Source of the DNA: a virus
Lineage: Duplodnaviria; Caudoviricetes
IMG/VR virus record: IMGVR_UViG_3300037493_005407
Location: 945 to 64,944 of that record
Direction: 5' to 3' (one strand)
Length of the DNA stretch: 64,000 bases
Within the stretch, counting starts at the first letter, position 1. Every line of letters starts with the position of its first letter. Both the position numbers and the translations under genes were made by a program. Shown here piece by piece: positions 16,107-25,637 of the stretch. Under the pieces are notes generated by a model, which was not told the DNA's origin, did no database searches, and was given only the letters and a program-made list of their open reading frames with translations.

Positions 16107-17458
16107 TTCACAATAGCCCTCTTCTCTGTGATAGGTGCGGCTTCAGGTCCGCGCCAATGCGGCTGAATCCAAATGTGTTTTCGATCGAGATGCCCGACAC
16201 CACACGCCTGGTTTCTCCAGTGACCACCTACGAGCGTGCGCACTTTCATCTTCCAGGAGCGTCCTTCTTCGTCGGTTCCTTCCGCGGCAGTATCACCCCG
16301 TTTGATGGTGTAGTTTCCGCCAAGGACAATAACGGGCCGGGGAGTGAAGTCACGAAGACGGTCTTTCAGCTTTTCTCGCTTACCGCCGGTAGCGTCGAGC
16401 ATCCGCTTACGGAGTGCGTCGTACTCGGGGTTGGCATCTCGGAGTACTGCATCGACTTCGGAGTTGGTGATGTACAAAACGGTGTTCATCAGAAACTCGA
16501 ACACCTCTTTGGCGGACTTCAAAACCTCAGGAGGAGTCTGACGCGTATCTACGTGATCAAACGTCCCCGTATACGTTCCACCACTAATCAGCGGAACCGT
16601 ATACTCAAAATGCGCTTTTCCTTTCATTACGTCGATTGAGAAATCCACGCACTCATCTACGCTCTTGTCGTCGAAGAGGGGCATGTAGTAATGGAAGATT
16701 TGGGCCGCGCCTATAGTGGAAGTTCTGCTGTCATCGCACACCACCACCATGCGCCACATGCGCATATCTTGGGGATTAGGATCTTCGATGATGTATGCGC
16801 CGTTAACGCTAAGGCCCCCTAAAGTTACGGGGTCTGCGTCGCTTAGCCCAATGTTAACGATGTTCATAGTGAACATCCCAGGAGGAAACGAGACGTAGAC
16901 ACCCGGGTGGGGCAGCTTGAGTTGGTCAGCTTTGAATTTCTTGAGATGCGTAATACGGAGACCCTCTGCTAGCTTGGGGCTCACAACGTACGTTTTCTTG
17001 CCCTCGTTTTCCCATTCGAGATGCGCGAACAGCGCGATAAACTGGAGCATTACGTTATTGGCGATGTACATACGGACAGCCTTATCCGTGTTTCCGTCTT
17101 CGTCTACGAATCCCCCCAGCATGCAAAACGTGCGTACGTAAGCTTCACGTAACGCCTTGAACTCATTGGTGCTGCACAGCATGTTGAAAGAGTGGGCATA
17201 CGCGAACGCGTACATCAGGTGCTTCAGAGGGGTTCTTGCAGTAGCAGCCAACTGCTCTAAATTCTTTTTGCCTACGTAATTGGGTACAACGTGCTCCAAG
17301 TAACGCGCTAGGAGCTCGTAGAATGTAATCGACGGGTCAGACCTTTTCTGTGAGTCCCAGTACGCGTCGTACTTGGATAACCCCCGCATGAACTCGTTCA
17401 GTTGTTCTGGGTGTATGTTCTTAGGTATCACGTACTCTCCTCCACGAGCAGCTTCCAC
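16103..17458 (-). CDS. phage protein with C-terminal VxGHWR motif
   Basis: LVGGHWRNQACG...HIWIQPHWRGP; 451 aa. Confidence 0.75.
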   Translation of the reverse strand: MEAARGGEYVIPKNIHPEQLNEFMRGLSKYDAYWDSQKRSDPSITFYELLARYLEHVVPNYVGKKNLEQLAATARTPLKHLMYAFAYAHSFNMLCSTNEFKALREAYVRTFCMLGGFVDEDGNTDKAVRMYIANNVMLQFIALFAHLEWENEGKKTYVVSPKLAEGLRITHLKKFKADQLKLPHPGVYVSFPPGMFTMNIVNIGLSDADPVTLGGLSVNGAYIIEDPNPQDMRMWRMVVVCDDSRTSTIGAAQIFHYYMPLFDDKSVDECVDFSIDVMKGKAHFEYTVPLISGGTYTGTFDHVDTRQTPPEVLKSAKEVFEFLMNTVLYITNSEVDAVLRDANPEYDALRKRMLDATGGKREKLKDRLRDFTPRPVIVLGGNYTIKRGDTAAEGTDEEGRSWKMKVRTLVGGHWRNQACGVGHLDRKHIWIQPHWRGPEAAPITEKRAIVK

Positions 17459-17745
17459 AGCTCGTTGATCTCCTCACGGTTACGGGCCTCATATTCCTCT
17501 TCTCTCCGCAAACGTTCCCGTGCCTCATCGAGCTCACGCTTGGCCTTTTCAAAATACCGCTCGCACTCTTCGACTCCCTTCTTGTAAACGAATAGGTCGT
17601 GGACTACCTCCTTACGGAAGTCCCGTTTAGCGTCGTAGTCCTCCAGGATGCTGGCTTTACTCCTCTGCATAAACCTTCTCTCCTCGATATACTGACCGTG
17701 TGATTTCCCGGTACGCGTGGGGCTCCATAAAGAAGGAGTACTCAA
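17428..17745 (-). CDS. coiled-coil hypothetical protein
   Basis: Charged helical ORF; true start probably MQRSK. Confidence 0.55.
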   Translation of the reverse strand: MSTPSLWSPTRTGKSHGQYIEERRFMQRSKASILEDYDAKRDFRKEVVHDLFVYKKGVEECERYFEKAKRELDEARERLRREEEYEARNREEINELWKLLVEEST

Positions 17746-18136
17746 GGGCGGTTAAGAACCCTTTTTCATCTGCTAGCACGCGGTCGTTTTCATACGCCGA
17801 TTTCATTAACACCTCACGACTTGTTAACATAGTCCGGAACTTTTCCGCACACCTTATACCAACGAAGCATGTCATATGATGTTGCTAACGTTGGTTCTAC
17901 GTGGTGTTGTTTGAGGATCACTTCGTACAGCACGCAGCCGCACGCGAACGCATTGGGTGGATACTGGTCAGTCGCCGCGGCTGCCACTGTACGGAAACCT
18001 GCTTCGCGCACCTCGCCCCCGAAGGCGCTCGATGAGAAGAAGCCTTCCTGCAAGTCGTTGACGAACTCCGAGACCCGCTCGTATTGCGTCAACCTTCGTT
18101 TATTGGGCATGTGGGGATCCTAGTAAGGCGGACAGG

Positions 18137-18349
18137 TCAGTCGTCTACGCTCTCAACCTCGACCTTAACGGCCGACTGGAGCTCGTGCTCGCTGAGGTCT
18201 TCGAAGACACTCGCCAGCACGTCGGTGAGGATGCTGGGGTCGTCGATATAGACCTGGCGGTCGACGTCAGCGATCTTCGATGGAACTTCGGTCTCGTAGT
18301 CTTCCGGGGTCACATCGTACGTAACGTTGATCTTCAATCTCAGCTTCAT
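18137..18349 (-). CDS. acidic hypothetical protein
   Basis: GGAGG RBS, 70 aa. Confidence 0.6.
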   Translation of the reverse strand: MKLRLKINVTYDVTPEDYETEVPSKIADVDRQVYIDDPSILTDVLASVFEDLSEHELQSAVKVEVESVDD

Positions 18350-18942
18350 AACTTTGCCTCCGCCAGCACTCGGTGGTGCTCTGTGATGGTCATGTGTGGG
18401 TAATTCTCTGTTAATAACAGATGCCCCACCTCATGTAACACAAGCGCCCGGGAACGTCCAAGGTCTTTAGGGCACCACTCGATAGCTATCTTCATACCTG
18501 ACTGGTATCCCCCGATTTTTGTGTTAGGCCGATGTTGATCCTGTAACGCAGAGAACGGATTAAGCTCGACGTAGTAGTAGATATCTCCCACGTGATGGTT
18601 GATAGCGATCTGTGGATGCGCATCGAGGGCGGCATCTGCCAATAACGCAAAACTTCCGACGTACATCGCAAACTCCCGCATGTCTCTGGTTCCCCGGTCG
18701 TAGGCGTAATGGCACAAGACTTCGTGCCTCTTGCCGCGGTACAGCACCCGCCGTTCACGTCGCCATGCCTCCCAGATGAGCATCGCTGGGATGGCCGCGA
18801 ACACTGCCACCATCGCCGCAGTCACACCCCTGGCAGCAGCTGCTCCGCAGAACGAATACAGCCAGCTGCCTCCGATGATGACTAGAACGATAGCCAAACT
18901 GGGGAGAAAGAACCTGAGGATTGCGCGAGTACGTGCGGTCAT
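18346..18942 (-). CDS. membrane-anchored zincin-like metallopeptidase
   Basis: Two N-terminal TM helices; VLHEVGH (HExxH) with downstream EHH. Confidence 0.55.
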   Translation of the reverse strand: MTARTRAILRFFLPSLAIVLVIIGGSWLYSFCGAAAARGVTAAMVAVFAAIPAMLIWEAWRRERRVLYRGKRHEVLCHYAYDRGTRDMREFAMYVGSFALLADAALDAHPQIAINHHVGDIYYYVELNPFSALQDQHRPNTKIGGYQSGMKIAIEWCPKDLGRSRALVLHEVGHLLLTENYPHMTITEHHRVLAEAKL

Positions 18943-18950
18943 TGAACCTC

Positions 18951-19169
18951 CTACTTGATCAACATGTTGTCCGTCAGATCCGACTGTGGGGGCATCTTTC
19001 GCCCCTCACCGAAGTTTACAGTGACTCGAGCGCCACATTGCTTGCACTCAAACGTGTCACCGCTCCAGGAGATTCCGCACAGGTTATGGACTTCTTGGCC
19101 GGTCTTGTGACAGACCATGAACACGCCGCAGCGAGCGCACACAGGAACTTCGAGCTTGTTGATTGTCAT
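18951..19169 (-). CDS. Zn-ribbon protein
   Basis: CARCG...GDTFECKQCG. Confidence 0.6.
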   Translation of the reverse strand: MTINKLEVPVCARCGVFMVCHKTGQEVHNLCGISWSGDTFECKQCGARVTVNFGEGRKMPPQSDLTDNMLIK

Positions 19170-19448
19170 GGGAATAGGTCCTCTATCCAGCCGGGTAGTC
19201 TCTCTCCCGGGCATCCTCGGTATACATTTTTTAACGACACCTTTAGACTCTGCATCGTATGCGTCATCTGAACATGCACTCCGTACCAATCGAAAAGCCA
19301 GCTGCAGATAACCTCCCCAATCTGATAGATGTTATTTGCGTTATGCATTTGGTCGCGGGAAACCAAACCAAAGCCGAGGAGCTCACAATTTCCTAAGTAG
19401 TTCGTGAGTTCTCCACGCATAGCCTTTAGCCTAGTTTCTTCGATAACG

Positions 19449-20102
19449 TTAGAAATGCGCACGTCGGATCCTATCTTCCACGCCGAGAAACATTAGGTCC
19501 TCCAAGACACATGGATCAAACGTCAGATCGAAGCGTTTCTCCTTAAAGAGGGGTAGGCAGTGTGTAACGAAGTATTCGCGGACGGTGTGGTTGGTATAGT
19601 CCGAGCTGATCGCAACGCCAATCGCTGATACGGTGTCCCAGTTGATGCGGCTGAGTCCGTACCAGATTTTGGCGTCAGGAATATGCCGCTGCTTATTCCC
19701 TTTTCGGGTGTAGAACTCCTCGACATTATCCCCGCGTCCCCGTCCTTTTGATAAGTAGACTTCTACGCCGTTATTCATAATCTGTCGAAACGACGTTACG
19801 TCCTTATTAGGTGCGAGCCACCGGTAACTCTGTACGCCTTTGACGTGGTTTACCCAGTTGCCACAATGGCACTTGCGATTTAGGCCCTCTTTGAGCTCTT
19901 CGAACTCAAGGTAATCTGAGTGCTCGTCCACGTTGATGAGCATGGTGGGTTGGTTCTGATTGACATGTTCAACCAGGTCTTCGTGACTTTCCACTAACAC
20001 CGGCCGGCTGTAATGATTTCGGACTTTGTAGAAAAACTTGACGAGATCTGCCGGCGGTTTGGTGTTGAAGAAGTCGAGGTCAACGGATAGGTACGTCGAC
20101 AT
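19449..20102 (-). CDS. UPF0489/arginase-deacetylase-like metallohydrolase
   Basis: LSVDLDFF, ESHEDL, INVDEHSD, HCGNWV motifs. Confidence 0.6.
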   Translation of the reverse strand: MSTYLSVDLDFFNTKPPADLVKFFYKVRNHYSRPVLVESHEDLVEHVNQNQPTMLINVDEHSDYLEFEELKEGLNRKCHCGNWVNHVKGVQSYRWLAPNKDVTSFRQIMNNGVEVYLSKGRGRGDNVEEFYTRKGNKQRHIPDAKIWYGLSRINWDTVSAIGVAISSDYTNHTVREYFVTHCLPLFKEKRFDLTFDPCVLEDLMFLGVEDRIRRAHF

Positions 20103-20218
20103 TTACTACCTTTCTCTCTAGTTGGATACTGTCGAAGATGCACAGGATGGCGGCATCTCCTAGGACACCGCGGTCATTTGCGTAGTTCCAGGCGGTTTGG
20201 AATCCGATCATCGTGACG

Positions 20219-20839
20219 TTAGGTAAGTAGGACAGGGGCATGCAGAACCACGATGTCCTCGTACAGGACGCGGTGACTCTCGGGTAGGCAGCGCCACATA
20301 TCCTGTGCCAGGCGCTGGTATTCGAGGAGTGCATCCTTAGCGAGGCGCGTGTTGAACAGGTTGCGCAGCGACCGCGCGTTGATAGTGACGTGAAGCTGCG
20401 TCAGCATCGAATCGGGGATGGCGTATTTTGCTACGTCGTTGGGAATTTTCTCCTGTACCAACTCGCAAAGAGATTCCATCTGGCACTTGGACGCCATGTC
20501 TACCATCGCGTTTCCGGTGTGGTAATACAGCGCCTCAACGTCTACTTTCTTAGAAAGCAGTTTCTTGAGAGTGAAGCGAGAGCTGCGAACGCTCAGCGTC
20601 GCGATGCGGGTGCGGGCGAACTCCTGCAGGCAGGCCCGGGAGAGCTCGACCTCGAAGGTGTAGACGACGTGCTCGAGGACGCTGGTGTGGCCGCTCGAGA
20701 TGCAGTGGCGCAGTAGCTTGGCGTCGTTTGGTCCGAGTATGTCCTTTACCGAGTCGTACTTATCCGCGGAGTCCTTACAGATGCGTGCAGCCTCCACGGC
20801 CGAAGTGATATCCGTGTGTCTTAGAAGCTTTGCTGACAT
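20219..20839 (-). CDS. thyX: flavin-dependent thymidylate synthase
   Basis: GHTSVLEH, SRACLQEFARTRIATLSVRSSRFT, AKYAIP, INARSLRNLF..RL...ALLE. Confidence 0.88.
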   Translation of the reverse strand: MSAKLLRHTDITSAVEAARICKDSADKYDSVKDILGPNDAKLLRHCISSGHTSVLEHVVYTFEVELSRACLQEFARTRIATLSVRSSRFTLKKLLSKKVDVEALYYHTGNAMVDMASKCQMESLCELVQEKIPNDVAKYAIPDSMLTQLHVTINARSLRNLFNTRLAKDALLEYQRLAQDMWRCLPESHRVLYEDIVVLHAPVLLT

Positions 20840-21936
20840 TTCGTTGTTCCTCTATGAGTAGGTTGGCGGTCTCTTCAAGCACATCGAGTGCGTTCGACCC
20901 GTTGTCTGCGTCGTACGCGTACCAGTATGCCATGTTTATTCCGTTACGCGTGTCGAATTTTAGGCTAGCCATCACGCATAACCTTGAGTTCTTAATTCAC
21001 GGGATCTTACTAAGACATCTTGTAGCAGCGCTTCTTTAATATGAAATCGAGCGTTAACGTTTTCAGGAGTAACCGCTGCGTCACAACAGAGTTCTCCGGC
21101 GTAAAACCAGGCTACCCTAGAACCAGCCTGATCTACGTTCCTTGAGAACGTACCAGACTTAGACGCATATTTGATTTTTGGTTTCTTCGTCATTGTTTTG
21201 ATACCTCCGCAACCGACGCGTCAAGCACGCGGTATGCCCGCGGGTAGTAGAAGAACATCTTACTGTCTGCATCGCGCTTACACGTGTGCTGCCATGCTGT
21301 TAGGAAACCGTGGTAGTAATACTGCCAGTCGTCATCGTCTTCAGTGCGTTTCTTCTCCTTCTTCACCTTCATCCCAACCCCTTCCTAAGGAGCCTATCGA
21401 TCTTTTTCTTGTACGAATACTCCGCTGATTTTGTGACCTGCTCTAGGCCCCGGTGGTGTACCAGGAAATTAGGACCGCCGAACTGGTCAACGATGATCCG
21501 CATGCAGTTGGCGTAATTGCACGCCTCCATAAAGCCTTCTTCGACTGCGTGTCGGACGTCATACCCCTTCATTTTCTAACCTCACAGCTGTGCGGATAGA
21601 TTCTTCCACAAGGTTTCTGTTCATCACGTGGGTGTAAATAGGACCGAACACGCCGTTAGCCTGCTCGGTGCTCATGTAGCACGCGTAGTCGTACGCCGTT
21701 AAATAGCCACAGCGTATGCGGTCGTCCCTTTGGTAGGCTGGCTTCTTTTGCTTCTTCATCGGGAATCGTAAAGTAACTGGGCCATCCTTTCTTCATGGCT
21801 CATGTTGAGGCACGAGTTGTAGATCACCTCTCGAGAGTAGTCGTTACTCCTGGGTGTGTAGTTTAACGCCGCCGCGAATCCACGTATCATGACAATGGTT
21901 ACGATGCGGTCATTGTCCAATAGCGCGGACATCTCC

Positions 21937-22290
21937 TCAGTCTGCGTCCTCATCCTCGTCTTCGACATCGGTGTCGGCATTGAGCTCCTCTTCTGATACT
22001 TCTTCACCGGCGGCACGCCGTGCTCTCGCCGCGGAGAGACGCTCTGCAGCCGCTTGGCGCTGCTCTGGAGTGAAGACACGGGCTGCGTCCGTCTTGAGCA
22101 CGAGGCCCGCACGCTTGGGAGAGTACTTGACCCACTCGAGGTTGGGGGTGCTCTTCTTGTACGGCTGCCATGAGTAGAGCGAGCAGGCAGAGTTTCCGCA
22201 GTCCCGGTCACGGTCAAAGTAATGCCCCATGCAGTCGTGACACTTGGCAAGAACTGCAGCCTTCATGGATGGTTTGGCTTCTTTGGTCAT
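21937..22290 (-). CDS. small Zn-binding phage protein with acidic tail
   Basis: AVLAKCHDC...DC...CSLY..QPY; AAGGAG RBS. Confidence 0.7.
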   Translation of the reverse strand: MTKEAKPSMKAAVLAKCHDCMGHYFDRDRDCGNSACSLYSWQPYKKSTPNLEWVKYSPKRAGLVLKTDAARVFTPEQRQAAAERLSAARARRAAGEEVSEEELNADTDVEDEDEDAD

Positions 22291-23024
22291 CGGTTCTCCT
22301 TTGTTCCCATCAGGATTAACAGCTCTCCAATTTGGTCTAGGCTGATCATTCGCATGGATTCGTCGATAACAGTTTTTACTGCGCGGTTCGCATCGAGTAC
22401 TACCGTGCTAAACCCGAGCATTTCGTGAGCTTTTTCTTGCGGTATTACTACCTTGGGTAGGGGCCTCATCGTAGGTACAGATTCCCGTAGTCAGTGCACA
22501 TATGCCAAAGAGTATTCTCGATGGCGTGTGTGTCCTGATGCTCAACTGCGAAGTGCTTGCGCCTCCAATATTGGAGAATCCGCGCATGGCCCATCGCTTG
22601 CGTCATCCCCCAGAGTCCGTAGGTCTTGCTTACGATACGGGGCTTCTTAGACTGGTAGTCCACTACTTTCTCTTTTGTAGGAATGACTCACTCTCCTCTA
22701 ACGCGCTCAGTTCTATCATGTGGCGTTGATGACCGTTATAGTACAGGTTATCAGCGAGTACGGTAGCATGAATAAACGACGTTGTTAACCCGTACTTATG
22801 GATCAAGTAGTTTACTGTTATGCTGTTAGCTCGAATCTTTTGGTAATCCTTCGGGAGAGCGTCCGTACCACTCATCCTCATCTCCTTTCTCTTCGAACAT
22901 CCGCATACTGATGGTTATGACGCGAACAGCACGCGCTCCTCGCCACCCAATATCCGTCATCTTTGCGAGAGTGGTGGCGTGTTGGTTAGCGGTGTTGAAC
23001 CCGCGGAAGGCGTCCGCGATGGCG

Positions 23025-23495
23025 CTAGATGAGAACATGCGGATCCCACGCACACGGCAACGAAAGCCCTAGTGGCGCGCGGACAACGTAGTCTTCGATG
23101 TCGAAGCGCACCGAAGCAAAGAACATTTCTTGACTGTCGTGCAGTTTGAAAGTGATCTCGTGCGTGCTGCGTTCCGCGTGAATCTTCCAACCAGAGCGCC
23201 ACTCCCCCAATTCTTTCTGCTTCTTGCTGTACCTGCGAATAGAGCACCCGCCGCCGCCATTAAAGATGTGTGCGAACTTAGACGAGTGCACCCGTAGCTC
23301 ATCGCGCTCGGGCAATACAATCAAGATGTGGTTGTCGATGATGCCGTTTAGAAACGTGATAGTTGGATTTTTCACCAGATTCGTCCTATCTGTTGGCTCG
23401 TAATGCTGAGAGAGTCTTCCACTAGAATCTGCGCCTTTATAGGCACTCGTGATTCTTCGCAGTGATTCCAAACTTCGCTGTACCCGCAAAAACAT
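23025..23495 (-). CDS. hypothetical protein inserted in the small-ORF array
   Basis: Long GC3-rich ORF; start uncertain. Confidence 0.5.
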   Translation of the reverse strand: MFLRVQRSLESLRRITSAYKGADSSGRLSQHYEPTDRTNLVKNPTITFLNGIIDNHILIVLPERDELRVHSSKFAHIFNGGGGCSIRRYSKKQKELGEWRSGWKIHAERSTHEITFKLHDSQEMFFASVRFDIEDYVVRAPLGLSLPCAWDPHVLI

Positions 23496-24019
23496 GCTCG
23501 GTCTTCGTACGTGAGAACGTTATCTCCAAAGGTTTCTTCGTCTTTAATAACCGGAGTCACCGTATCCCAGAAGATAGTGTCGTTGACAAACTTCCACTTC
23601 TTTAGGTGCTGCTGGTACGCTGTATCAAACCCGTACTTGCGTAATGTGATTTTGTAGTCCGCTAGCATGCTGTTACCAGAAATAGTTACTACGGGTACGT
23701 GTCGCCATGTACGAGGCGTCGAGAAGGTTGTACGCCCGCTCGTTGTTACTATTCAGCGCGTGGGCCATGGCCGTACTAAAGCCGTAGTACGCAATCATCG
23801 CGTTGTGTTCAGGCACGTTGGTATTTCCTCCATGGGGTAGAAATGAAGTTCGCAGAGATGCGTGTCAGAGGGTACCGCATCTCCATCTGGTATGTTTCGA
23901 GGTCGTTAAGGCTTAAGGTAAGCTCGTAAATCTGAGCATCTCGACTGAGCATCGAACGTGTCTCATAACTAGAGCACTCCGCCGCGGTTTCAAATCCCGC
24001 TCGCAGGTAGAACACGGGG

Positions 24020-24451
24020 TTATTTTTGTACAGCTTTCTTCTTTCGCTTCGGCGTTTTCTCTTGAGTTTTTTCTGTTTTGCTTTCATTAAGAACCTCGTC
24101 CAATCTTCTTATCATAGCTGCGTACCCCTGCATACGGTCCATAACGCTCGACTCGTCTACTTTTACGAGATGTGTTTCGTCTAGAGCAAATGGCACGTGG
24201 CCTGTCTCTAGGAGGAATTTTGCGTTTCGGACAAGCTGGATAGAGACCAGACTGGGATAGCTGTTACCTCGAGCAGTACGATCCATTATCTTCACAACTT
24301 GGTATACGCCACCTCCACTTCCGTTGTTTTCGTTATACGTACTGAACACCAAGTCACCGATACGCAGTTTCTTAACCGTGCTGACAGTAGTCTTTCCAGT
24401 TTTTCTGACAGTACTGAACCGTGTCATAGATTCGGTTGGGGTAAAGGGCAT
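24020..24451 (-). CDS. SH3-like beta-rich hypothetical protein
   Basis: AGGAGG RBS; LRIGDLV...GVYQVVKI. Confidence 0.6.
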   Translation of the reverse strand: MPFTPTESMTRFSTVRKTGKTTVSTVKKLRIGDLVFSTYNENNGSGGGVYQVVKIMDRTARGNSYPSLVSIQLVRNAKFLLETGHVPFALDETHLVKVDESSVMDRMQGYAAMIRRLDEVLNESKTEKTQEKTPKRKKKAVQK

Positions 24452-25637
24452 GCTACCTCCTACTTGAAGTACCAGACGCTGTTATGCACCACGGCTACAG
24501 CCGCGACGCGTTCGGAGTGCAGATACATCTGGAGTTTGGCGAAGTCGTAGGCGGTGCTGAACCCCGCCTTCTCAACGCTCGATTTGGGGATTGGTGGTTT
24601 TGGTCTTACTGGTTTCATTCGTCTTCCATCCAAACTGGATGACGTGCGTAGTGCTCTGCCTCCTCACAGATGTCCAAGATCCACAGACGCAAGGTATGAC
24701 GGGCACATGGGCTTATGCGGGTGTAGTCACGTTTGAGCTCGTTGGCATACCGGAAGGCGACGCTGACACCCGCGCGCTGTAACTCACTTAGGTCTGGGTC
24801 AAAGAAGGCTTTGTTGTTCCAGTCTTTGCGTGTGCGGCTACTCCGGCGGCGGTTAGGGCTGAAGCCTCTTCCCACTATGTACTGCATGTTTCCTCTTTAT
24901 CGAGCATGTACTCCGGGACGTTCTTGGAGCAGTGTTGCCACGCTAAGATAAGGTCCTGTACATAGAACTTTTGAGCTTCAACAGTCATCCGTTGCCTACG
25001 CTCACAGATAATGATTCCTACATGGTCTATTTTGCCAGACTGAAACGCGCGGTAATACGCCGTATCCCATCCGTACCTAACATCCACTGGAGCATCCGGC
25101 ACATAACCAGCTGCAAAGGTAACTGAGCGGTATTCAATTGCGGCTAGGTTTAGAAAATGCCTCCTCCTCTTTAGTGACGCCGTCTTCTTTTCACGTTTAG
25201 TACGCCAGTCGTGACGTGAGTTGTGCGCCATGCTTTTTCTCCCACCCATAGCGGCCTAGCTTTCCATCTCCGGTGTACTCTCTAACTTGTGTGACGCTAT
25301 TTGTGATGATGGTAATATGGATATGACTCCACGCGTTGCAGTAAACAGTTCCGAAGCCAGCCCGATAGTTTTGCATGTACTGTTTGTCCATGTCTCGCGC
25401 AAGTTGTCTACGAGATACTGTCTCCCAATGATCTTCCCTGACGCATCGGAAATCAGCATGTGCTGCCGCTTCATGGTATCCAGGGACTTGTGTATCTCCC
25501 ATTCGACTCCTAGTCCGTCGCGGTTATCGTACGCGGTTGAGTAACCAAAGTAGTCAGCGAGGCTCTGATAGCTCAGAGGCATATACCACTCCGTAGTCTT
25601 TCCAGTTTTTCTGACACCACTGAACCGTGTCATAGAT
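24387..25637. repeat. 45-bp direct repeat, copies at 24387-24431 and 25593-25637, 2 mismatches
   Basis: GTAGTCTTTCCAGTTTTTCTGACA(GT/CC)ACTGAACCGTGTCATAGAT. Confidence 0.9.
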
